Assembly: GCA_016745075.1 (NCBI GenBank)
Contig: JADGDD010000002.1
Location: 130,034 to 194,033 of the forward strand
From: Planctomycetota bacterium
Lineage (GTDB): Bacteria; Planctomycetota; UBA11346
Length of the DNA: 64,000 bases
Direction of reading: 5' to 3'
A program made the translations under genes and the position numbers. Within the stretch, counting starts at the first letter, position 1. Each line of letters starts with the position of its first letter. This document shows positions 29,108 through 39,770 of this stretch, in pieces. The notes under the pieces are model-generated. The model was not told where the DNA came from. It was given only the letters and a program-made list of their open reading frames with translations, and searched no databases.

Positions 29108-30718
29108 ATGGGCACAAGTGTATGGCGGAAAAGTACAGACAGTGATGGTGAACACGATCAAAGTCTTTTCATTATAGAACGGCTGAGTGAGGTTGGCATA
29201 GCTCTTTCTAATGAGGAAGACCCACATCATTTGCTTGAACTTATCCTGTTGGCGGCCAAAGATTTAACCGGTTGTGACGGTGGTTCTGTCTACAAAATAA
29301 GTGAAGATAGTCGCTCTTTAGAGTTTGAAATCATTCGTACAGATTCACTTGGTATAGCGATGGGTGGTACCACAGGCACTCCTATTACGTTCCCACCGAT
29401 GCCGCTGACTTTGGAAGATGGCTCACCAAATTTAGCGAGCGTGGTTGCCAGTGCCGTTTTAAAAGATTGCACCATTAACATTGTTGATGCCTATGATGAT
29501 GAAGAATACGACTTCTCTGGAACTCGTGCCTTTGATGAGCAAACAGGCTACCGTTCCAAGTCCTTCCTGACCGTGCCGATGAAAAACCACGAAGGTAAGA
29601 TCATCGGTGTCTTGCAGCTCATTAACGCACATAATACTCAAAAAGAGATTGTTGTATTTGGCCCAGCTCAGCAGCGTCTTGCAGAAAGTTTGGCATCTCA
29701 AGGTGCAATGGCTCTCACTCGGAATCAATTAATAGAGGACATGGGTAGCCTTTTTGAAAGTTTTATTAAACTTATAGCAACCGCGATTGATGATAAATCC
29801 CCTTACACTGGAGATCATTGTCGCCGAGTACCAGAATTGACGATGCTTATTGCCAAGGCCGTTTCTTCTCACGAGGAAGGTCCACTTGCGAATTTTGAAA
29901 TGAGTGATGAAGATAATTACGAACTCAACATTGCCGCGTGGCTCCATGATTGTGGAAAAATAACAACCCCAGAATGGGTGATGGATAAAGCGACCAAATT
30001 ACACTCTATTTTTGACCGCATTGAATTAATTGCCACCCGCATGGAAGTACTGCGTCGTGATGCAGAGATAGAACGCTTGCGTGGAGAGTTGGCTGGTGGA
30101 GACCCACACGCGTTGCAAAAATTATATGAGCAACAAATTGCTCGCATAGATGAGCAACTCGCATTTTTACGAAATATTAATAAAGGTGGAGAGTTCATGA
30201 GCGACGAGCTCATAGAACAACTTAATACTATTGCTGGACAAACGTGGACCAACACCGCAGATGGGGAACAACCTTTATTAACAACAGATGAAGTGAAAAA
30301 CTTAAGTATTCGTCGTGGGACTTTAACCGATGAAGAACGCAACACGATTAATCATCATATTGTTGCCACTATAAAAATGTTAGAATCTTTACCATACCCA
30401 GATCATTTAAAGCGAGTTCCAGAATATGCTGGCGGTCATCATGAACGTATGGATGGAAAAGGTTACCCCAAAGGGCTTACCGCAGATTGTATGAGTGTTC
30501 AGGCGCGCATGATGGCTGTAGCGGATATATTTGAGGCACTCACGGCATCAGATCGTCCCTACAAAGACGCTATGCCGCTCTCAAAATCACTCGCTATTCT
30601 CAAAAATATGAGTGAAACGGGACATATTGATCCGGACATTTACCAAGTCTTCATAGATCAAAAAGTGTATGCCCTCTATGCAGAGCGTCATCTCAAGCCG
30701 GAACAAATAGATATCTAA
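29108..30718 (+). CDS. GAF domain-containing HD-GYP phosphodiesterase
   Basis: An N-terminal GAF-like region is followed by the HD motif (WLHDCGKITTP) and HHERMDGKGYPKGL (HD-GYP). I chose the internal ATG at 29108 as the start, because the longest ORF would overlap the ilvC start codon on the opposite strand. Confidence 0.7.
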   Translation: MGTSVWRKSTDSDGEHDQSLFIIERLSEVGIALSNEEDPHHLLELILLAAKDLTGCDGGSVYKISEDSRSLEFEIIRTDSLGIAMGGTTGTPITFPPMPLTLEDGSPNLASVVASAVLKDCTINIVDAYDDEEYDFSGTRAFDEQTGYRSKSFLTVPMKNHEGKIIGVLQLINAHNTQKEIVVFGPAQQRLAESLASQGAMALTRNQLIEDMGSLFESFIKLIATAIDDKSPYTGDHCRRVPELTMLIAKAVSSHEEGPLANFEMSDEDNYELNIAAWLHDCGKITTPEWVMDKATKLHSIFDRIELIATRMEVLRRDAEIERLRGELAGGDPHALQKLYEQQIARIDEQLAFLRNINKGGEFMSDELIEQLNTIAGQTWTNTADGEQPLLTTDEVKNLSIRRGTLTDEERNTINHHIVATIKMLESLPYPDHLKRVPEYAGGHHERMDGKGYPKGLTADCMSVQARMMAVADIFEALTASDRPYKDAMPLSKSLAILKNMSETGHIDPDIYQVFIDQKVYALYAERHLKPEQIDI

Positions 30719-31804
30719 ATGCCAGAACCATTAAAAAATATGTATACCCACGGAGTCATCTGTGCGGTGCTTACTGCAATTAAAAAAGAATGCTCTGCTT
30801 TTTCTGTGAAAAAATGCGAAAATGCAATTTTTGCCGAAGGCTGGGAAGAGCTTGAACTCAAGGGCCGAATGCGCCGCATTGCAGAATGTGTCTATGCGGC
30901 TATCCCATATAATTATAAAGACAGTATGGCCGTACTTGTCGCAGTCGCGCCGCGTTTTACCGGTTTTGAATATATGTTTTTCCCAGATATTATTGAATTG
31001 TATGGCCAGAAAAATTGGACGGTGTCTATTCCTGCGCTAAAAACCGTTACCTCGTATTCCAGTAGTGAGTTTGCAGTGCGACCTTTTTTGGTGCAAAACA
31101 GTAACCGTATGTTGCAACACATGCTTACATGGACAGGTGATAAAAATGAGCATGTCCGCCGTTTAGCTAGCGAAGGTTGTCGCCCACGTTTACCATGGGC
31201 GATGGCTTTGCCTGCATTTAAAAAAGATCCCACTGATATTTTGCCTATTCTCACTGCGCTGCGAGATGACGAAAGCGAATACGTGCGTCGAAGTGTTGCC
31301 AATAACTTGAATGATATTAGCAAAGATCATCCAGAGCTTGTGCGTAGCATCGCCAAGGACTGGCTTGGAGACAATGTTCTGCGAGACAAGTTAGTGAAAC
31401 ATGCGTGTCGTACTTTATTGAAGCAGGGAGATCCGGAAGTCTTGTCTCTCTTTGGCTGTGGCCCCGCCAAACATGTTTCCATCAAATCCTTTGAGCTAGA
31501 AAGTGATCAAATTGACCTTGGTGAACATTTAGTTTTTACCGCGGAGCTTGTCTCTTCACAGCCACTCGGAACCTTGCGTATAGAATTTGGCATAGATTAT
31601 CAAAAAGCGAATGGAAGCCTTTCACGAAAAGTGTTTAAAATTAGTGAGTCTACCATAACAGAACGTCATAAAACAATTATTCGTCGTCACGCTTTTGTTC
31701 CGCGTACTACCAGAAAACTCCATCCCGGTGAGCACGGTATCGCTCTTATTATTAACGGCGAAGAACGCGTGAGTAGGACTTTTTTCTTGAAAACCAACGA
31801 TTAA
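30719..31804 (+). CDS. DNA alkylation repair enzyme family (HEAT-like repeat, AlkD/AlkC-like)
   Basis: The sequence resembles COG4335-type DNA alkylation repair proteins (RRLASEGCRPRLPWAMA...LRDDESEYVRRSVANNLNDISKDHPELV). Confidence 0.55.
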   Translation: MPEPLKNMYTHGVICAVLTAIKKECSAFSVKKCENAIFAEGWEELELKGRMRRIAECVYAAIPYNYKDSMAVLVAVAPRFTGFEYMFFPDIIELYGQKNWTVSIPALKTVTSYSSSEFAVRPFLVQNSNRMLQHMLTWTGDKNEHVRRLASEGCRPRLPWAMALPAFKKDPTDILPILTALRDDESEYVRRSVANNLNDISKDHPELVRSIAKDWLGDNVLRDKLVKHACRTLLKQGDPEVLSLFGCGPAKHVSIKSFELESDQIDLGEHLVFTAELVSSQPLGTLRIEFGIDYQKANGSLSRKVFKISESTITERHKTIIRRHAFVPRTTRKLHPGEHGIALIINGEERVSRTFFLKTND

Positions 31805-31864
31805 ATAAGCAGCAAATATTGTCCCTTGCTGCTCATTCCTTGCAGGTTTTAAGAATAATGTGTT

Positions 31865-34030
31865 TTATGGTGTAAGAGCTCTTAGTGTATTGCGTAAATC
31901 TTTTGCAGTGTGCACCGGTGCAAGACATTCGTGTGCGGTACAAATATAGGCAGCAGGTTGTGTTTGTTCGGCATAGGGGAGCATATGTGGCCATTGCTCT
32001 GTACGTGCGGTGTCGGCTGGAATCACAACAGCATAGGGCTGGATAATTTGTTGTAGGCTTGCGGTATGTAATTCTTTAGTGATGTCGTTTTCTGTGGCAC
32101 CGGTAATAATAATGGTTAGTGGACCGGTCTGCATCCGTTCCCACGCACCAAGGGAGACAGGGCTACTGCTTGGATTACTAGCGGCGGCAGGGCCAATAGC
32201 CGCAAATAATTCATCGGCGTGTTTTTTCCATTGCTCATGACCAGTAATAATCCAGAGGCGAACAAATCCTTCGGCCAGCATATTTTGTCCGCTTGGGGTA
32301 GCGTTATCGAACCAGTTGCGGCTGCGTCGTACAAGATCTTCGCGGCCTGCGGCGGTGGTGTAAAAACCGCCATCTTCGGCTCGGTTACGTTCAAGAACTT
32401 CGGTTGCTAGTGCCTCTGCACGGGTGATATAGCTCGGATCGCCAACAATTTCAAAGGCGGCACAGAGCCCAACCATAAGATAAGCATAGTCTGTTAAGAA
32501 AGCGGCTTGTTGCGGTAAACGCTCTAGGCCATTTTCGGCGTGGCGCGTACTGAGTGTTTTTGCTAAGGTTTCAATCGTGTTGATGTGTTCTAGATTTGCG
32601 CTGCTTTTGGCGAGTTCAGATAAGCCGTACAGTGTCAGTCCGTTCAGGTCGGTCAGGACTTTATCGTCCAAGCCAGGGCGTGGCCGTTTAGCGCGCACCT
32701 GTTCAAGCAATGGTAGGTAGTGTTCCCAGCTTGCTCGTTTTGCTAATTGTTCTGGCTTTTCAGCAATTGCAGTAAATACATCACCACCACGTGGGTGTGG
32801 AATATGAGATTCAACTGGTTCCCAATGGCCAGAGTGGCCGCGTTCACGAATACCTTGGCTGATATTCCATTCTTGCGCGAGGGTGGCAGCATTTTCTTCG
32901 CCAAGAGCCTCAGCCAATTGGGCTGGGCTCCAAGCGTAAAAGCTTCCTTCACCCTCTGGATCATCTGCATCTTCGGCAGTGGCATAGCCGATGAACGTAT
33001 GATCAACTTCTTGGCGTAAATCACGTTCCAGATAAGCAGCAATGTTTTCTGCGGTTTGTAAAAAATCAGAACGAGCAAAGAAACGGGCAGCACGGCTATA
33101 GGCGATTAGGAGTTGTGCATTATCATATATCATTTTCTCAAAATGCGGAACTCGCCAATGGGCATCAACGCTGTAACGGTGAAAGCCGCCGCCAACACGG
33201 TCGTGCAGACCGGAATCTTGCATCGCTTCTAGCATGGCTTCAGCCCAGCGGTGGAATTGTGGGCTGTGAACGCCTTGATGATGAACGAGTAAGGGTAGTA
33301 AACTATTGGAAGGGAATTTTGGAGCAGCAATTTCTCCCCACGCAATGCCAGGATTGTTGGAATCATAACTCTGTTCAACTCCAGCATAGAGGCGGTCCCA
33401 GACGCTGTCATTAAGCGGACTAGCATCGGCACTGCTTGGTGCTTTATTCATTTCTTGCAGCGCCGCATTCATACGTTCGGTCATGTCAGTGATCATTTTA
33501 GGATCGGCCTTCCATGCCTTATCAATTTTCTCCAACAGGCGCATCCAATTTTCTTGTGGAAAGTAGGTGCCAGCAAAAAAAGGAATACCACTATGATCAG
33601 TGACCACATTCAGCGGCCAGCCACCTCGGCCAGTCATTGCTTGGGCGGCATCCATGTAAATTTCATCAACTTCGGGGTGCACTTCGCGGTCTACTTTAAT
33701 GCAGACAAAGTGCTCATTCATAATCTTTGCCACTGTTTCATCTTCAAAACTTTCATGGGCCATAACGTGGCACCAGTGACAGGTGCTGTAGCCGATAGAA
33801 ACAATAACAGGAACTCCGCGTTCTTGTGCCTCAGTAAAAGCTGCTGGTGACCACTCTACCCAATGAACCGGATTATGAGCATGTTGGCGCAGGTAGGGAC
33901 TGCTACTGTTGGCGAGTTGATTGGCAGGCGTTGTTGGCATTGCAGGTCCTTCAGCGGTAAAAAGTTGTGTAAGGAGGAATAGGGGCAGTATCCATATATA
34001 CTGGAGTTGTCTATCTTGATAGCTTCTCAT
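31865..34030 (-). CDS. thioredoxin domain-containing protein (DUF255/YyaL family) with a signal peptide
   Basis: The N-terminal thioredoxin-like domain carries CHWCH, and the sequence matches the DUF255/SSP411-like family ([19 protein letters not shown]). I chose Met MRSYQ as the start because it precedes a hydrophobic signal sequence. Confidence 0.7.
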   Translation of the reverse strand: MRSYQDRQLQYIWILPLFLLTQLFTAEGPAMPTTPANQLANSSSPYLRQHAHNPVHWVEWSPAAFTEAQERGVPVIVSIGYSTCHWCHVMAHESFEDETVAKIMNEHFVCIKVDREVHPEVDEIYMDAAQAMTGRGGWPLNVVTDHSGIPFFAGTYFPQENWMRLLEKIDKAWKADPKMITDMTERMNAALQEMNKAPSSADASPLNDSVWDRLYAGVEQSYDSNNPGIAWGEIAAPKFPSNSLLPLLVHHQGVHSPQFHRWAEAMLEAMQDSGLHDRVGGGFHRYSVDAHWRVPHFEKMIYDNAQLLIAYSRAARFFARSDFLQTAENIAAYLERDLRQEVDHTFIGYATAEDADDPEGEGSFYAWSPAQLAEALGEENAATLAQEWNISQGIRERGHSGHWEPVESHIPHPRGGDVFTAIAEKPEQLAKRASWEHYLPLLEQVRAKRPRPGLDDKVLTDLNGLTLYGLSELAKSSANLEHINTIETLAKTLSTRHAENGLERLPQQAAFLTDYAYLMVGLCAAFEIVGDPSYITRAEALATEVLERNRAEDGGFYTTAAGREDLVRRSRNWFDNATPSGQNMLAEGFVRLWIITGHEQWKKHADELFAAIGPAAASNPSSSPVSLGAWERMQTGPLTIIITGATENDITKELHTASLQQIIQPYAVVIPADTARTEQWPHMLPYAEQTQPAAYICTAHECLAPVHTAKDLRNTLRALTP

Positions 34031-34090
34031 CTTGCCTCCATTGCGATTGAAGTATGCTGAGCATCTACACAAAAAGCAAGGAGACTGTGT

Positions 34091-35914
34091 ATGTGCGGAA
34101 TCGCAGGTTATGTCGGCTCATTAGAGGCGGCATCTGTATTGCTCGTCGCTCTTGAACGTTTAAAATATAGAGGGTATGATAGTGCAGGTATAGCCGTGCT
34201 AGACGAAGATGATGAATTAGTTGTCGAGAAGTCAGAAGGCCGCCTTACTGAATTGCAGGCTCGCGTAGATGGCCAAGCGGTCCGTGGTTGTTGTGGCATT
34301 GCTCATACTCGCTGGGCAACGCACGGTGGCCCAACCACAGAGAATGCCCATCCACATGGCGACTCAGATGAACGCATCGCTGTTGTGCACAATGGTATCA
34401 TTGAAAACCATGAGCAATTGCGCAAAGAACTGCTTGCAGACGGTTGTATTTTCCGTTCACAAACAGATAGTGAGGTGATTCCACATTTATTGGCTGGTTC
34501 AGGCAAAGAAGATATGCTTGATGCGGTGATCTCTATTTTGCCACGTTTAGAAGGTGCGTATGCTTTTGGGGTAGTGAGTGAATTATTCACTGACCGTATT
34601 GTTGCAGTTCGCCAAGGTTCGCCGTTGCTCTTGGGTCGTGGTGATGGCCATGTGATGTTGGCATCAGATATTCCAGCCTTGCTTCCACACGCACATGAAG
34701 TGTGCATGCTTGATGATGGTCAAATTGTCGATATTCAAGGTTCAGAAATTCAACTCTATAATTCAGAAGGCGAAAAAATAGAAGCCGTCTTTAAAGCGAT
34801 TGAAGTAACAGCCGAGGCCGTTTCTAAAGGTGACTATGATAGTTTCATGGCAAAAGAAATTGCCGAACAGCCAGAAATATTTTCACGTTTGTTAGAGAGT
34901 CGTGTAACTGGTGGCCGTTTAGATGTGGGTGACTTTGGTGTTGATCTCTCTAAAATTAATCACGTTGTTTTTCTTGCGTGTGGTACCAGTTGGCATGCAG
35001 CTTTGCTTGGAAAACGTTTCCTTGAGCAACTTGCCCGTATTCATGTCGAAGTCGATATTTCATCTGAATATCGCTATCGTAACCCTGTTGCATCGGGTGA
35101 TACTTTGGTCATTCCGATCAGTCAAAGTGGTGAGACTGCTGATACCTTAGCAGGTTTGCGTTTGGCCCGTTCGATGTTTATGCCAGTTGTTAGTCTTGTA
35201 AATGTGATGGATTCAACCATAGCTCGTGAATCAGATGGAATTATGCCATTAATGGCTGGTCCAGAGATTGGTGTTGCTTCGACTAAGGCGTATACCACGC
35301 AGGTGCTTGCCTTGTATTTATTTGCTATGCAAATGGCTCGTGCCAAAGGTCGTTTAGATCTTTCAGTAGAACAAAAAATGTTGGCAGAGATTAGCCATCT
35401 GCCAGAACTGACTGCATCTACTTTAGTAGATGCAGAAGAGTCCGTTGTTGATGCGATGGAATTATTCAGCGCTGCCCAAGCAACGGTGTTCCTTGGTCGT
35501 GGTGGTGAGCATGCAACGGCTATGGAAGGCGCACTTAAATTAAAAGAAATTGCTTATGTGCACGCAATGGGTTATCCAGCGGGTGAATTTAAACATGGGC
35601 CAATTGCTTTAGTTACAGAGGCCTTGCCTGTTGTGTGTATGGTTCCGCAAGATCATATGTATGAAAAAATGTTATCAAACTTAGAAGAAGTTCGTGCACG
35701 TGCCGGCCGTATTATTTCAGTCGGATTCAAAGGTGATAATAAATTGCGTAGTCTGAGTGATTTCTGTTTTCCTGTAGCGCAATCACCCATTCCAGAGTTG
35801 CAACCATTGCTCTCAATTCTTCCGCTTCAACGTTATGCCTATCATGTGGCTCGTCGTCGCGGTTGTGATGTAGACCAACCACGTAACTTGGCTAAATCGG
35901 TAACGGTAGAATAA
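34091..35914 (+). CDS. glmS: glutamine--fructose-6-phosphate aminotransferase (isomerising)
   Basis: The N-terminal MCGIAGYVG (Ntn-amidotransferase Cys1) is followed by two SIS domains. The length is 607 aa. Confidence 0.95.
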   Translation: MCGIAGYVGSLEAASVLLVALERLKYRGYDSAGIAVLDEDDELVVEKSEGRLTELQARVDGQAVRGCCGIAHTRWATHGGPTTENAHPHGDSDERIAVVHNGIIENHEQLRKELLADGCIFRSQTDSEVIPHLLAGSGKEDMLDAVISILPRLEGAYAFGVVSELFTDRIVAVRQGSPLLLGRGDGHVMLASDIPALLPHAHEVCMLDDGQIVDIQGSEIQLYNSEGEKIEAVFKAIEVTAEAVSKGDYDSFMAKEIAEQPEIFSRLLESRVTGGRLDVGDFGVDLSKINHVVFLACGTSWHAALLGKRFLEQLARIHVEVDISSEYRYRNPVASGDTLVIPISQSGETADTLAGLRLARSMFMPVVSLVNVMDSTIARESDGIMPLMAGPEIGVASTKAYTTQVLALYLFAMQMARAKGRLDLSVEQKMLAEISHLPELTASTLVDAEESVVDAMELFSAAQATVFLGRGGEHATAMEGALKLKEIAYVHAMGYPAGEFKHGPIALVTEALPVVCMVPQDHMYEKMLSNLEEVRARAGRIISVGFKGDNKLRSLSDFCFPVAQSPIPELQPLLSILPLQRYAYHVARRRGCDVDQPRNLAKSVTVE

Positions 35915-35937
35915 AGAGATAAGAGAGGATCACTACT

Positions 35938-36612
35938 ATGACGGATGGTGAAATAACAGAAAAGAAAAAGAATTCTGGTTGCGGGAAGTTTTTCGCATTT
36001 GGTTGTTTGGCTCTTGTTCTTTTATGTATTATTGCAGGTGTTACTGTATTCTTGCAATGGCGTAATATTGCAGGGTATATGGCAACCGAATCAATTGACG
36101 TTGTTTTAACCTCACTTGAATACCCAGCGGAAGAGAAAGAAGGCCTTCTTGAATCTATGACGCTTTTAACCGAACACTTTAATGAAAGTGAAGCGAGTCT
36201 TGATGATATGCAACACGTGGTTATGGAATTACAAAAAGACCCCGTGTGTGCTGCAATTATTGCAAATGGTGGTCAATATGCCTATGTTGCTCCATCTGGT
36301 TTATCTGATCTTGATAAAAAAGCAGCAGAAACAGTGGTGAATAGATACTGCCAAGGTTTACTTGACGGTGTTATTGACCCATCGCATGCGTCAGAGTTGC
36401 AAGAAATTGTTATCGTTACCAACATAGATGAGAATAATAGGAGAAGCTACGAGCCCAAAAAACACCTTACTGACGAAGACGTTCGTGCCTGTATTCGTAT
36501 TATGGAAGAAGAAGCAAATCGCGTTAATATAGGTAATGAATATGTGGACCTTGAGTTACCAGATCGCTTAAAAGACGTGGTGAAACGAGTTACTGAGGCT
36601 GAAGAAGAATAA
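35938..36612 (+). CDS. hypothetical membrane-anchored protein
   Basis: It has a single N-terminal TM helix (FFAFGCLALVLLCIIAGVTVFL) and no recognisable domain. Confidence 0.4.
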   Translation: MTDGEITEKKKNSGCGKFFAFGCLALVLLCIIAGVTVFLQWRNIAGYMATESIDVVLTSLEYPAEEKEGLLESMTLLTEHFNESEASLDDMQHVVMELQKDPVCAAIIANGGQYAYVAPSGLSDLDKKAAETVVNRYCQGLLDGVIDPSHASELQEIVIVTNIDENNRRSYEPKKHLTDEDVRACIRIMEEEANRVNIGNEYVDLELPDRLKDVVKRVTEAEEE

Positions 36613-36686
36613 GACTCGTCTTTCGTATGGGAAAGGTTTGAGTCGTAAGTGGGAGTTCTGACTTCTTTGTATAAGTATAATTAAAA

Positions 36687-36715
36687 ACCCCAGAGCTACA
36701 GCTCTGGGGTTTTTA
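36687..36715. terminator. bidirectional rho-independent terminator between convergent genes
   Basis: A 9 bp stem CCCCAGAGC/GCTCTGGGG with loop TACA is flanked by AAAAA on the 5' side and TTTTT on the 3' side. Confidence 0.7.
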
Positions 36716-36739
36716 CTATTTATTATATTATCGAACAGC

Positions 36740-37966
36740 TTAGTGGGCAACGGCTAACGTTGCTGTTTTGGGTTGACCAATGGCACCAAGCAATTCAACA
36801 AACCATGCTTCGTCGGTGTTGAATGGTTTGCCGCCAGCAATACGTGGGAATTCAATAGCACGAAGAATATTGTTTTGTTCTTCGTCATGACCGATGACGC
36901 CACCTTCGCGGCGTATGGCGCAGTCAACAGCAAGGTCGGTGCAGCTTTTAATTAAACGAAGGTCTTCGCTGTTGGCAGCGGCAGCGCGTGCATAATAGCC
37001 GCTCTTTTGAACGAGTACTTTTTCTGCGCCAAGCATCTCTGCAAACTGTTTAGCGAACCAAGCACCTGGATTGATTGCGTCTAATTTAACGTGACCAAAT
37101 GCGTCACGCGGTACTTCTTCACCGCGAGATTCCATTTCAGCAACAATGCTTTCACCGCCAGCACCTTCTGCGATGAAAATATTTACGCAGTCGTTGGTAT
37201 CCATAACAGCAGAGAGTCGTTTGCTTTCTGCAGCAATATCGAGGGCCATTTCTGGAATGTAAATAGCATGTACATCAAGATTCGTTTTATTAAAGCCAAG
37301 GCTGCCAACGTAATCTTTACGCGCAAGACGGTTATGGTAGACCTGTGCGGTAGCAGCAGTAAGCCAGCCGCAATGACGGCCCATCACTTCATGAACGATC
37401 AACATGCGTGGGTTGGCACTGGATTCAGCAACAACGTTACTGAAGTAGTTCGCGCCTTCTTCGGCCGCAGTCCATGCACCAAGGCTTTGCTTGATAGGAA
37501 TAACATCGTTATCAATAGTTTTTGGCAAACCAACAACGGTAAGCTCGTAATCATTTTCTGCCAAATAGGCAGCAAGGTCAGCAGCGGTGGTGTTGGTGTC
37601 GTCGCCACCAATGGTGTGCAAAACGTCAACATTATCGACGGTAAGTTGTTTGGCAGCAGCTTCCAGTGGGTTACCACCTTCAGGAATGAGGCCGCGTTTA
37701 ACGCAATCTTTTACGTTCGTGAGTTTGACGCGGCTGTTGCCAATGGGGCTGCCACCAAAGCGATGGAAGATGCCAGCTTCAGCCCGCATTTCAGGAGTAA
37801 TAGTAACAAATTCACCAAGGAGAAGACCTTTGTAGCCACCGATGTAGGCGATGATTTCAATTTCTGGGTAAAGTTCTGTATAGCGTTCAATTAAACCGCC
37901 AACAGCAGAAGAAAGGCATGGGGCAAGGCCGCCAGCAGTAAGAAGGGCAACTTTTTTAACAGTCAT
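36740..37966 (-). CDS. pfp: pyrophosphate-dependent 6-phosphofructokinase (PfkA family)
   Basis: The PFK fold is present with LTAGGLAPCLSS, and the motif is GGDDT rather than GGDGS, which is diagnostic of PPi-dependent enzymes. Confidence 0.8.
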   Translation of the reverse strand: MTVKKVALLTAGGLAPCLSSAVGGLIERYTELYPEIEIIAYIGGYKGLLLGEFVTITPEMRAEAGIFHRFGGSPIGNSRVKLTNVKDCVKRGLIPEGGNPLEAAAKQLTVDNVDVLHTIGGDDTNTTAADLAAYLAENDYELTVVGLPKTIDNDVIPIKQSLGAWTAAEEGANYFSNVVAESSANPRMLIVHEVMGRHCGWLTAATAQVYHNRLARKDYVGSLGFNKTNLDVHAIYIPEMALDIAAESKRLSAVMDTNDCVNIFIAEGAGGESIVAEMESRGEEVPRDAFGHVKLDAINPGAWFAKQFAEMLGAEKVLVQKSGYYARAAAANSEDLRLIKSCTDLAVDCAIRREGGVIGHDEEQNNILRAIEFPRIAGGKPFNTDEAWFVELLGAIGQPKTATLAVAH

Positions 37967-37999
37967 AACAAGGTCTCTCCGATTACGGAAGGGTTGATA

Positions 38000-39667
38000 T
38001 TAAGGACGCCACCAAGTGGTGTCGTCTGTGGAGATGGCAGTACATGCGCCACTTCCACGGATTGTGGCTAAGGCACTGGTAAATGGAATATCCAGTGTAA
38101 GAATAAGCGTGTCTGTATTTTGAGTGGTCAGATCACAAGAAATAACGGTTTCTGGTGTTGGCGGGTGGGCGATGTTCCGCGCAAGTGCGAGGCAATCCAT
38201 CCAGTGGTGCAGAGCAAGGGAGGCGGAAACAACAGCGCTGTTGCCAATGGGTAGGGCTTGGCGCGCTTTTTCTGATGATTGAATAATGTTCTGTATATCT
38301 TCGTTTAAGCTATTTTCTGTATCTGAATATGCCTGTGCTAATAAGCTGGAAGAGGCTGCGACTACATTATTGCGGTAAGATGATATTTTCCATTGTGCGA
38401 TAAGCTCTTGTTGTTCTGGTGTTAGCCCATTTGTTTGGGCGTTAGCAGGAAGTACGTCATCATCAGCGTAGAGACCAATGTGCGCTAGGAGACTTTGTTG
38501 TAATTGTGCGACATCTTTGGCGCGTGGTTGTTCGCGCAGAGACCAGCGTCGGGTATTTATCGCCCCACCTTCTTGTGCCTGTGCATAATAGCGTAAGGCA
38601 AAGGCATCTTGGCGATCACTTAATTGGAAAAACTGTAGGAGATCATCATCCCAACCATCAGGGAAACTACTGCTATCAAGGCGGTCTCGGATGCTTTCAA
38701 GCAGGCGCTGCCCAGCGTTCGTAATTTCTCCCTGCCACATAATTGATCCGTGGAGTTGAAAGACCATATCTTTTTCTGGTAGCAAAGAGAGTATACGGGA
38801 AGCCAGGTTTTGTTGTCGAGCAATCCAGTGGGCAAATAACGATTCTGCTTTTCCGTGCATGGTGCAGACCACTTGGAAACTATCTGGAGCATTATTGTCT
38901 GTTTCTTCTATGTTTGGTAATACTTTTAGGGTGAAATCTTGAATGTTATCAACAACCGTTCCCCACTCTTCTTGTAGACGGTAGCGCAGTAGCAAATTGG
39001 CAACTGGTTGGCCATCAAAAGAGAGGTTATCGAAGAAGCCGTCTAAAGCGTGATTGAGTAAAAAATGTGGGTCGTCAATTGTTAGAATAAGCGGTGGTTT
39101 TTCTTCAATTTGGTCATCACGCCATTCCATGTGCGCCAGTTCGCGGCAGCCATAAGCAGAACGCGAAACGTAAGCACGATGGTCACGAACAAGTACGCGG
39201 TATTCCAGTAATCCATCATCTGTATTTTGAGAATAAACAACGGTGCCATCTCGCTCACCAATACGTACAAGTGTGCCATCGCCAACACTGACTGAACCGA
39301 AGTGCTCTAAGAAGGTTTCTCGTTTTTTAAGAGGGATAACTGCGGCAAGGGAAGCATCGTCACCAACCCAAAAGAAGCGGGCTGGCCGTTGTAGGTCTAC
39401 GCCATCAATGCTACTGCTAAAAAAGAGGAGTTGGGCAAGCTCAATAAAATAGTCTTCAGACGGCGTGTTGGTGGCTGAAGCTAACGCATCAAGTCGATTC
39501 ACAAACCATTCAGGGTTGTTGATGATGAGACTTGCACGGGTAGCGCCGCCAACCGCTTCTGGAAGAGTCAGTAGGGAACTGTCTTGCTCAGCAGTCTGTG
39601 CTGGAACGTAAGTCATAAGCAATGAGCAGCAGGAGATTACGAGTAGGGCGCGTGTGAGCATAAGCAT
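38000..39667 (-). CDS. hypothetical secreted protein
   Basis: I set the start at the Met that precedes a signal peptide (MLMLTRALLVISCCSLLMTYVPAQTA). The longest ORF extends about 95 codons further upstream and overlaps the mreC start region. No domain is recognisable. Confidence 0.45.
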   Translation of the reverse strand: MLMLTRALLVISCCSLLMTYVPAQTAEQDSSLLTLPEAVGGATRASLIINNPEWFVNRLDALASATNTPSEDYFIELAQLLFFSSSIDGVDLQRPARFFWVGDDASLAAVIPLKKRETFLEHFGSVSVGDGTLVRIGERDGTVVYSQNTDDGLLEYRVLVRDHRAYVSRSAYGCRELAHMEWRDDQIEEKPPLILTIDDPHFLLNHALDGFFDNLSFDGQPVANLLLRYRLQEEWGTVVDNIQDFTLKVLPNIEETDNNAPDSFQVVCTMHGKAESLFAHWIARQQNLASRILSLLPEKDMVFQLHGSIMWQGEITNAGQRLLESIRDRLDSSSFPDGWDDDLLQFFQLSDRQDAFALRYYAQAQEGGAINTRRWSLREQPRAKDVAQLQQSLLAHIGLYADDDVLPANAQTNGLTPEQQELIAQWKISSYRNNVVAASSSLLAQAYSDTENSLNEDIQNIIQSSEKARQALPIGNSAVVSASLALHHWMDCLALARNIAHPPTPETVISCDLTTQNTDTLILTLDIPFTSALATIRGSGACTAISTDDTTWWRP

Positions 39668-39770
39668 GTTCTCCAATCGGAGGCCCAGTCTAGGGAACAA
39701 CAGCGTTTTGCTAGTCGGAAAATGCCGTCCTGCTTGTGTTACGAGCGATCTACACAAGTATAGGCGTATC

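Noticed and set aside
31805-31864. Hairpin AGCAGCAA...TTGCTGCT between convergent genes as a terminator
   Set aside because: The stem is 8 bp but the loop is about 11 nt, and no U-tract follows on either strand. It is too weak to annotate confidently.
37091-37894. 267 aa plus-strand ORF antisense to the PPi-PFK gene
   Set aside because: It is embedded in a well-supported pfp gene, so it is an antisense artefact.
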